Source: Candidatus Melainabacteria bacterium 17Bon1m
GTDB lineage: Bacteria > Cyanobacteriota > Vampirovibrionia > Obscuribacterales > Obscuribacteraceae
Direction of reading: 5' to 3'
Length of the DNA stretch: 64,000 bases
Assembly (NCBI GenBank): GCA_032128875.1
Contig: JAVLKG010000004.1
Span: forward strand, 160,001 to 224,000
Below the pieces are notes generated by a model that was not told the DNA's origin, ran no database searches, and saw only the letters and a list, made by a program, of their open reading frames with translations. The position numbers and the translations under genes are program-made. Shown here piece by piece: positions 56,707-64,000 of this stretch. Positions within the stretch are counted from its first letter, which is position 1. The number at the start of each line of letters is the position of its first letter.

Positions 56707-58389
56707 ATGACTGGAGAATCTGACGAGGCTCAAAGGTCCCAGTTCCTTGAAGAAGGAAAAACTGACGAGACCTTACTGCAGAACCCTGAAACCCTCACTG
56801 GGACAGGGGACACGTCATTCGGCTCTCGGGCTGAACAGCCCGCAGACGGCTCGCTGCCCACGCTTTGTCAGGTTGAGAACATCGCAAGGAAAGCCGAATC
56901 CTATGTCCTATGTAGGTTTATGGTTGTGCGCGGAGTGGCTCTGGTCTACCTGATAGCTTTCTTCTCTCTCTTTCTGCAAATAGATGGTCTCTTCGCTCAG
57001 CAAGGCATTCTACCTATTGCTCAGTTTGTGGACCAAACGGTTAGAAGTTACCCGCCTGCAGGTCTCCAGCTCAATGACCTGCCCACCGTTTTTTGGATCT
57101 CGTCCAGCGACTCTTTTCTAAAAGGGGTTTGTATTGCTGGCATGGTTTCAGCGCTGGCTGCAGCTATGGGTCTTTTGCCTGGATTGATGCTGATTGTTTG
57201 CTGGATACTGTACATATCATTTTTATCGACAGGTGCGGACTTCATGTCTTTTCAGTGGGATATTCTCTTGCTGGAAGCTGGAATACTTGCTGCACTGTGG
57301 GCACCGTGGGCGATGGCATCACCGCCGTTGCAAAACACAAAGGGTGCGGACGGACCACCTTCTTTAATTTTGCTCTGGCTCTTGCGGTGGCTGCTTTTTC
57401 GATTGATGTTTATGTCCGGCATGTGCAAACTGTTGAGTGGTGATGAAGCCTGGTCGAGCTTAACTGCCCTTGCTTATCATTACGAAACGCAACCGCTTCC
57501 GACCCCTTTAGCTTGGTTCTGCAACCTGCTTCCCCTGTGGTTTCATCAGCTCTCATGCTTATTGATGTTTGGAATTGAGATATTCTGCCCTTTTCTGATT
57601 TTTGGCAACAAACTATCCAGACGCATCGCATTTGGTGCGCTGGCGGGTTTGCAAGTTTTGATTTTGCTTTCCGGAAACTACACGTTTTTCAATTTGCTCA
57701 GCATTATTCTGTGTTTCACTCTCATAGAAGATTCTCTCTGGAAGCGCATTTTTCCTGTCAGCTTAGGCGCTTCTCTCGAGAATGCCGCCACAATTACCAA
57801 TACAAAATGGCAATTAGTGCAAAAAATAATGGTGCTGCCTATGGTGGCAATTTTGGGACTTGCCAATCTTTGCGTGTTAGTTGCGCATACAGCAGGTGGA
57901 GAAGCTCTCCCTGCCAACTTTCGTGAGTTTGCAAAAAACGTGCGTCAGTTGCATTTAGTCAATAGTTATGGATTGTTTGCTGTGATGACTCAGAAGAGAA
58001 TCGAAATAATTCTCGAAGGTAGCAATGATGGCAAAGAATGGCTTGCATATGAGTTTCCATTCAAGCCTGGTGACCTGCATCGTCCCCCTCCCATTGTCGC
58101 GCCCCTGCAACCTCGACTCGACTGGCAGATGTGGTTTGCCGCGTTAGGCACTGTGGAGCAAAATCCCTGGTTCATTTCCTTTGTGCAAAAGATTTTGGAG
58201 GGTGACAAGGCTGTGACTGCCTTACTTTCAAAAAATCCCTTTCCTGATAGACCGCCAAGATTCTTGCGCGCCCAAAGCTACGAGTATCACTTCACCGATG
58301 TGAAGGAGCTGATGTCTAAAGGCACCTGGTGGAAACGTACCTACGTTGGCGAGTACATGCCGGTGGCCACTCTCGACAATCGGCTGTAA
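56707..58389 (+). CDS. Lipase maturation factor (LMF1) family protein
   Basis: FQWDILLLEAG, LLFRLMF.SG..K, HYETQPLP, SGNY.FFN, NSYGLFA.MT and PRLDWQMWF motifs. Confidence 0.95.
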   Translation: MTGESDEAQRSQFLEEGKTDETLLQNPETLTGTGDTSFGSRAEQPADGSLPTLCQVENIARKAESYVLCRFMVVRGVALVYLIAFFSLFLQIDGLFAQQGILPIAQFVDQTVRSYPPAGLQLNDLPTVFWISSSDSFLKGVCIAGMVSALAAAMGLLPGLMLIVCWILYISFLSTGADFMSFQWDILLLEAGILAALWAPWAMASPPLQNTKGADGPPSLILLWLLRWLLFRLMFMSGMCKLLSGDEAWSSLTALAYHYETQPLPTPLAWFCNLLPLWFHQLSCLLMFGIEIFCPFLIFGNKLSRRIAFGALAGLQVLILLSGNYTFFNLLSIILCFTLIEDSLWKRIFPVSLGASLENAATITNTKWQLVQKIMVLPMVAILGLANLCVLVAHTAGGEALPANFREFAKNVRQLHLVNSYGLFAVMTQKRIEIILEGSNDGKEWLAYEFPFKPGDLHRPPPIVAPLQPRLDWQMWFAALGTVEQNPWFISFVQKILEGDKAVTALLSKNPFPDRPPRFLRAQSYEYHFTDVKELMSKGTWWKRTYVGEYMPVATLDNRL

Positions 58390-58471
58390 TCTGTCCCTTA
58401 ATCTGATTGCCTGTATTTATAAGACGCAACCTCTAGTTATAAGCTCATGAATACGTGGAACTTCTCTATCT

Positions 58472-59743
58472 ATGATGGAGTTCTTGAGAAGATTATGGGT
58501 TGTCTTCCGAAAGGAGATGATTCATTGCTACAGAGACCCGCACGTGGTCATTTACGGCGTGTTGTTTCCGCTTTTGTTTTATCCGGCAGCGGCGATAGCT
58601 ATGCTGGAAATTGGCATCTTCCAGGAAGGTAAGCGTGAGCAGGAGACTTACCGCATTGTCTTTCCTGAGAGTAAAGAGCCTAATATAGCGGCGATTCGAG
58701 ATGTGCTCGCCAACAGCAAACGGGGCAAGCTGGTCACTTCCTCAGATCCGATGAAGGACCTGAAGGACGGAAATATCGAGGCTTTTGTCGAAGAGGCGAA
58801 TGGAAAGTTGGTTGTGAAAGTGGCGAGCAGTTTGCCTCTTTCAGAGTCTGCCAACAATTACATCAACAAGGTTATCGAGTCCAGGCGAATGAAAAATATT
58901 CGCAAGGAGCTGGCAGATAAAAATGCACCGGTCGAAGTCATGCGCGTCTTTACCTTCGAACTTAATGATGCAAAACGCACCAAAGCGAAGGAAGAGAATA
59001 AGGGCGGCGACGCGGCTGGCGTAATCTTTCGTTATTTGCTCGCGTCTGTAATTTGTGTGCTTGTCCTTTGTATTCCGGCGGGCGCTGTCTATCCAGCCAT
59101 TTGCGCCTTCACCGAAGAGCGCGAAAAGAAGACTCTCGAGAGCACCCTTGTTGCCGCAGTGAGCACTGAGTGCTTGATGGCAGGCAAGTTTCTCTCTGTT
59201 TTCGTTGTGGCGTTGATGTCTGGGATTCTCAATTTGATCGGTATGAGTCTTGTTATCTGGTTGATGCTAAGTCAGGCAAAAGAACTCAGCGGTTTGTCCC
59301 GACTTTCCGGCAGTAGTTTCCAGGTGTCTTTTGAAACAGGTGCTTGCTTGTTTGCAGCTACCGTTCTCTTTTCGCTTTTGGTTTCTGCCATGTTTTCGCT
59401 GCTCGGGGCAACGACAAAGTCTTTTAAAGAAGCGCAAAACATGCTAACAGTGCCGCTGCTAATTTTTACGCCAATGCCAATCGCCGGGATGCTACCTGGT
59501 GTTCTTCTCTCGAAGACTTTGGCATTTGTGCCTGTACTCAATTTGATTTTGTGGGTCAAGTCGGCTGTCAGAGGAGACGCCGATTTGGCGCTTGTTGGAA
59601 TTGCCGTTGGTGAAACTTTGTTTTTGACCTGTGCAATGCTTTTCTTATTGAATCGCCTGATAAGAACAGAAAAGTTTGTTCTGGGCGATCACATTGATAT
59701 CTGGGCGCCTTTATTCGCAAGAGGAAGAGCAAATGGCCGTTGA
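58472..59743 (+). CDS. ABC-2 permease, NatB-like
   Basis: KE....RD, EEREKKTLE.L, GKF and KSFKEAQ motifs. Confidence 0.87.
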   Translation: MMEFLRRLWVVFRKEMIHCYRDPHVVIYGVLFPLLFYPAAAIAMLEIGIFQEGKREQETYRIVFPESKEPNIAAIRDVLANSKRGKLVTSSDPMKDLKDGNIEAFVEEANGKLVVKVASSLPLSESANNYINKVIESRRMKNIRKELADKNAPVEVMRVFTFELNDAKRTKAKEENKGGDAAGVIFRYLLASVICVLVLCIPAGAVYPAICAFTEEREKKTLESTLVAAVSTECLMAGKFLSVFVVALMSGILNLIGMSLVIWLMLSQAKELSGLSRLSGSSFQVSFETGACLFAATVLFSLLVSAMFSLLGATTKSFKEAQNMLTVPLLIFTPMPIAGMLPGVLLSKTLAFVPVLNLILWVKSAVRGDADLALVGIAVGETLFLTCAMLFLLNRLIRTEKFVLGDHIDIWAPLFARGRANGR

Positions 59744-60479
59744 AGTCAAAGACCTGAGGAAAACGTTCTTTGACGCGAAGCGGGGTGAATTTCTTGCCGT
59801 GGACGGTATTTCATTTAATTGCTCACAAGGCGAGATTGTTGGATTGCTCGGACCGAATGGTGCCGGCAAAACAACTACGTTGCGCATGATTGCCACCATT
59901 TTGCGCCCAGATGAGGGAACAGCGAAGATCAATGGGTTTGACATAAATACCGATCCTCAGGGTGTTCGCAAGAATCTTGGATTTCTTTCCTCGGAAACTG
60001 GACTGTATGAAAGGCTAACGCCCAGAGAGATTCTCAACTACTTCGGGCAACTTAGCGATTATCCTCCGGATAAACTCAATCAGAGAATTGAAGATCTGAT
60101 CAAGCTCTTTGAGATGGGAGAATTCGCAGACACTCGTTGTGAGCGCCTGTCTACTGGGATGAAGCAGAAGGTTTCCATCGCTCGTGCAATTGTTCACGAT
60201 CCGCCTGTTATGGCGCTGGACGAGCCAACTAGTGGATTGGACATTATCACCAGCCAAAACACCTATCAATTTATTCGCGACAGCAAGGCCCAAGGTAAGT
60301 GCATTATCTTTTCGACGCACATCATGAGCGAAGCAGAAAAGCTTTGTGATCGAATTGGAATCATTCACCGCGGCAAGCTCTTCGCTATGGGCACTCTGGA
60401 AGAGTTGCGTGAACTGACAGGCGCGCATTATTTAGAAGATATTTTTCTGGCGATCGTCAAGGAACAGGTGGATGTCTAG
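59733..60479 (+). CDS. natA: ABC ATP-binding protein, NatA-like
   Basis: GPNGAGKTT, LSTGMKQK, LDEPT and STH motifs; start ATG 59733. Confidence 0.9.
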   Translation: MAVEVKDLRKTFFDAKRGEFLAVDGISFNCSQGEIVGLLGPNGAGKTTTLRMIATILRPDEGTAKINGFDINTDPQGVRKNLGFLSSETGLYERLTPREILNYFGQLSDYPPDKLNQRIEDLIKLFEMGEFADTRCERLSTGMKQKVSIARAIVHDPPVMALDEPTSGLDIITSQNTYQFIRDSKAQGKCIIFSTHIMSEAEKLCDRIGIIHRGKLFAMGTLEELRELTGAHYLEDIFLAIVKEQVDV

Positions 60480-62502
60480 TTCGACCACACCTATGGCAAA
60501 TGGCAAGCCGATGTCTAAAACATCGATTGTTTTTTTCAAGGAGCTCAAAGAAGTGCTCCGAGATTATCGCACGCTGATTATGATGATTATCATCCCAACG
60601 CTGTTTTATCCGGCGATGTTGGTTTTTCCTGCGACGTTTGCAAAGCAGAGTATTGCAAAATTAGGTCAAAACACAGTCAAGGTTGGAATCGTTGGAGATT
60701 GTAAGCCGCTTGAGCAACATCTCGAGGCGGCAGAGCATTTGAAAGTTATACAACTAAGCGAGTCGGACTATCGAGAAAAACTCAAGTCAAACGAAGTCGA
60801 TGTCGCCGTCATGGTGCCCCCGGAATTCACCGAAGCAATCTCGAGAGATTACACCACTCAGCAGGATTTCTCCGATTTGAAGAAGGGTCCTGTGCCTGCT
60901 CTGAAGTTGGTATTGGACACTAACCGTGAAAAGGTTTTGTTCAGCATGTCCAATGTTTACGCAGCAATTGCCGAGTTTCAAGAAGAGTATATAAAAAATC
61001 GTTTGCGGGTGTTGGACATAGGAAATGCCTGGGAGCGTGAAACAAAAGTCAAATTCGATGATGTCTTGCCGAAGCAGTCAGAAACCGACAACATGCTGCC
61101 TCAGTTTGCGCCGTATCTGATGATACTCATGGTGTTGCTGGCGACAAGTTATCCGGCTATCGATTTGATTACTGGAGAGCGGCAGAGAGGCACTCTTGCT
61201 TTGCTTCTGGTGGCACCGGTTGAAAGACGTTCAATTATGTACGGCAAGATTATTGTCGTTGTACTTGTCGGCTTGCTGACCACAGTTCTTGGCGTCATCA
61301 GTATTGCCGCTACGTTGCAGTTTGGTCCGGTCAAAAGCACCGTTGTCGATGCGCATCCACAATTCGATTTTGGTTTGACTGCGTGGCTATTGGTGTTGTT
61401 TGTCATGATGCCTCTTGTAGTATTCATCAGTTCTCTTTCGGTATTTGTTGCAGCTCTCACGCGCACCTTTCAACAAGCTCAGGGATACTTGTTTCCGTTG
61501 CTTTTAGTGACGCTCTTTCTTGCTTCGGCGGCGCAAATTCCAGAGTTGGCTGACAATGCTTTTTTGAAGGTTGTTCCGATTGCTAATACGACTCTCTGTA
61601 TCAAACAGATTATTACGCGCCATCAGACCTGGCAGGGCATCCTCATAACATTCGTCAGCTCTACAATTGCAGCAATTCTCTTGGCTAGATCCGCCGCTGG
61701 TTTGTTGCAGCGTGAAGATTTGCTGCTTGGCGTTCAACTTTCACCTAAGAAAAAGATGGAGACTGGGTCTTACAGCAGAGAGCTGGTTATTTTTGGTGGT
61801 ATCGTCTTCTTCATGCTCTTCTATTTCGGGCAGCTTCTCTCTCTCTGGAATGTGATGGCTAGTTTGGTCATTACGCAGATTTTCCTGATTCTTTGTCCTG
61901 CACTCGCGTTTTTGCACTACACACGATCTCCGGTTTTGGAAACATTGAGTTTCAAAAAGCCATCACCACGCTACGTCATCGCAGCATTGGCGCTCGGCTT
62001 TGCGACCGTTGTAATTTCGATGCTAATACTGACCGTTCAAACAAAATTCTTGCCATATAGTGAAGCTTACGGTCGTCAGATGCAACTCATGTTGATGCCG
62101 CCGGGGCGTGAGCTCTGGCAAATAATTTTGGTGGCTGCTTTGATGCCTGCCATCTGCGAAGAGATTTTCTTTAGAGGTGTTTTGCAAGGTATCTTGCGCA
62201 AGAATCTGCCAAAGAAAAAACTGATTCTTGTAATCGGGCTGCTCTTCGGCGTTTTTCACTTAAGTATGTTCAGAATTCTTCCCACTGGCCTTCTGGGAGT
62301 TCTGCTGGCTTATCTCACTTTGGCTTCAGGTTCGATCTTTCCTTCGATGTGCTTGCACTTCATGCACAATGCATACTATTTGTGGTCGAGTTTTTACAAA
62401 GTAGATCTAGATTCGACTCTCTGTATTTCGCTAGCATTTGGAGGTTTAGTTGTGGCGGCTGTGGCACTTGGTTGGAAACCCGCACAAACAGAGGAGAAAT
62501 AA
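60472..62502 (+). CDS. NatB-like ABC permease fused to a CPBP (CAAX/Abi) intramembrane protease domain
   Basis: GERQRGTL permease motif; EEIFFRG, FGVFH and HFMHN protease motifs. Confidence 0.9.
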   Translation: MSSSTTPMANGKPMSKTSIVFFKELKEVLRDYRTLIMMIIIPTLFYPAMLVFPATFAKQSIAKLGQNTVKVGIVGDCKPLEQHLEAAEHLKVIQLSESDYREKLKSNEVDVAVMVPPEFTEAISRDYTTQQDFSDLKKGPVPALKLVLDTNREKVLFSMSNVYAAIAEFQEEYIKNRLRVLDIGNAWERETKVKFDDVLPKQSETDNMLPQFAPYLMILMVLLATSYPAIDLITGERQRGTLALLLVAPVERRSIMYGKIIVVVLVGLLTTVLGVISIAATLQFGPVKSTVVDAHPQFDFGLTAWLLVLFVMMPLVVFISSLSVFVAALTRTFQQAQGYLFPLLLVTLFLASAAQIPELADNAFLKVVPIANTTLCIKQIITRHQTWQGILITFVSSTIAAILLARSAAGLLQREDLLLGVQLSPKKKMETGSYSRELVIFGGIVFFMLFYFGQLLSLWNVMASLVITQIFLILCPALAFLHYTRSPVLETLSFKKPSPRYVIAALALGFATVVISMLILTVQTKFLPYSEAYGRQMQLMLMPPGRELWQIILVAALMPAICEEIFFRGVLQGILRKNLPKKKLILVIGLLFGVFHLSMFRILPTGLLGVLLAYLTLASGSIFPSMCLHFMHNAYYLWSSFYKVDLDSTLCISLAFGGLVVAAVALGWKPAQTEEK

Positions 62503-62503
62503 G

Positions 62504-63442
62504 ATGCGGTTTTCATTGATTGCGACTTTGCTTTCTCTATTTTTATTTTTGAAACCGAGTTACGCGGCAGACCCCGGTGCGCGGCCTCTTATTTTGAATT
62601 TCCCTGATAGCTATTCTCTAGGCGAACTTTACCTTGTAAAGCCTGACGCCGAGTCCCAAGACTCCGAACCTGGGACTACATCACACTCTCCTGCTCGTGG
62701 GAAGTTGCGATTTCCACCTGGAACACGCACGATTTTGAAGGTTAGTTATGACGGTGCCAAGCATATGTCTGATTTGGCTAAGCTTGATCCAGACGGACTG
62801 TTTGGAATCAACATGAAACGCCTGGAAGTCACAGATGATGATATGAAGTACGTTGCAAAGCTAACAGGACTAAAACACATTGAATTGGAAGGAACTGACA
62901 TTACATCAAAGGGCATCTTCAATCTCGAGCCTTTGAAAAATTTGCAATTCCTTGGCGCCGATAAGACGATGATTCGCGGCGATGCAATGAAGTCGATTGC
63001 GAAGCATCCAATCATGGAAAATCTAGTTATTGGCCATAATGATTTGGATGATGACAATTTGAAATATTTGGTCGCTTTGAAGAAGGTAACCAATTTACAA
63101 GTCGACAATATTCACTTGAGCAATAAGGGGCTTGCACATGTGCTCAAGCTTCCGGAGCTTACTGTTCTCAAAATTTCCGGCAATAATCGAATATCTGATG
63201 CATCGATTCAAATGATGCAAAAATGCAAAATCAAATCTCTCAACGTGCAGAGCACCGGCGTTGGGCCTGGCAGTTTGCCCTACTTTCAAAAGTTGACCAG
63301 GCTTAGGCATTTGAAAGTCGAGGGCAGAAATTTTTCACCCGAGCAACAGCGTGAGTTTAGGAAAAAACTACAGCACGTAAAAGTTCAATTTGATGGAAAA
63401 GCCAAAGACATCCCGCGAGAAATCTTCGATCCATTGCACTAA
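62504..63442 (+). CDS. Secreted leucine-rich repeat protein
   Basis: Signal peptide; LxxLxLxxTxI(T/S)DxG repeats. Confidence 0.85.
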   Translation: MRFSLIATLLSLFLFLKPSYAADPGARPLILNFPDSYSLGELYLVKPDAESQDSEPGTTSHSPARGKLRFPPGTRTILKVSYDGAKHMSDLAKLDPDGLFGINMKRLEVTDDDMKYVAKLTGLKHIELEGTDITSKGIFNLEPLKNLQFLGADKTMIRGDAMKSIAKHPIMENLVIGHNDLDDDNLKYLVALKKVTNLQVDNIHLSNKGLAHVLKLPELTVLKISGNNRISDASIQMMQKCKIKSLNVQSTGVGPGSLPYFQKLTRLRHLKVEGRNFSPEQQREFRKKLQHVKVQFDGKAKDIPREIFDPLH

Positions 63443-64000
63443 GGTTCTTTACTGCTGAAATTCAAAACTTGAGGCGGCGTCGCGTCCGGCGGGTAGAAGA
63501 GCGAAATTCGAATTGTCCTTCTGCCTTTGGGTTTCATGACAATATTTAAGAGTTCGCGGGATTTGGTGCCGCGAGTTTGAACCAGGTGGACGTAATCTTT
63601 TGCATTCTCGCCTTTGTCGGAAAGATATTGAGCAAGAATAGTTCCTCTGAAAAATGTGTTTTTTGCAGGCGGGTCAAAGTAAGTCAAATTTTCTTTTGGA
63701 TCTTCGGTCTTAAGCGGAGTATCCAGAGAGACGGAAACTTTCACCTTGGATTTCGATGAGTTGTACAGTGGAAATTGAAGTCTGTATTCGACTGCATAGT
63801 TGCCGTGAGCCGCGTATGCGGTGTCTGCATATCGCACGGCAAGTGGAGCGCTCTGAACCTGACCGGTGCCGAAAGTACCGCGCTCTAAAGAACAGAGTGG
63901 AAAGGCAATGGACTTTCCAATTTCGGGAATGGTGAGACGAGTGATATTTCTCTCGCCATCAGTGGCGGTGCCAGTCCATTTGCACCCGATTTGCACTCCG
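63439..64000 (-). CDS. DUF3370 family protein, truncated by the window end
   Basis: GT.GT.Q.QSAP, YAAHGNY, FFRGT, HLVQ.RG and YPPDATPPQVL motifs. Confidence 0.85.
   Translation of the reverse strand, partial: GVQIGCKWTGTATDGERNITRLTIPEIGKSIAFPLCSLERGTFGTGQVQSAPLAVRYADTAYAAHGNYAVEYRLQFPLYNSSKSKVKVSVSLDTPLKTEDPKENLTYFDPPAKNTFFRGTILAQYLSDKGENAKDYVHLVQTRGTKSRELLNIVMKPKGRRTIRISLFYPPDATPPQVLNFSSKEP

Noticed and set aside
1-64000. CRISPR arrays, IS elements, integrases, reverse transcriptases, rRNA and tRNA
   Set aside because: No repeat-spacer arrays or diagnostic motifs were seen by manual reading; short or degenerate elements could have been missed.

Overview
Gene-dense bacterial chromosome segment with about 55 CDS. 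I recognised no rRNA, tRNA, CRISPR array, transposase or reverse transcriptase. The gene content (DUF3370, long-linker MinC, many secreted TPR/LRR/EF-hand-like proteins, a eukaryote-type kinase, futalosine-type MqnP, KdsD, no photosynthesis genes) suggests a non-photosynthetic cyanobacterial relative (Vampirovibrionia/Melainabacteria, Obscuribacterales-like); this assignment is an inference. Housekeeping and stress genes include dacB, perR-rubrerythrin-FMN reductase, kdsD, mqnP, minCDE-rodA, meaB, nagA and a natAB-like ABC exporter. Two candidate systems stand out. (1) A six-gene minus-strand operon at 19784-28722 (UbiA-like prenyltransferase, RPH/PigC-type dikinase, BtaA/DUF3419 aminocarboxypropyltransferase, phytol/dolichol kinase-like protein, GNAT, OleC-like ligase) looks like an uncharacterised lipid pathway and is preceded by a highly structured 5' leader. 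(2) An ACP + FabD-like acyltransferase + MBOAT (C-terminal FIYFQF) + SGNH cluster at 14056-18106 resembles a Dlt-like envelope acylation machine loaded from acyl-CoA instead of by an adenylation enzyme. A candidate PerR operator, TTAGA-N5-TCTAA, can also be read directly from the sequence.
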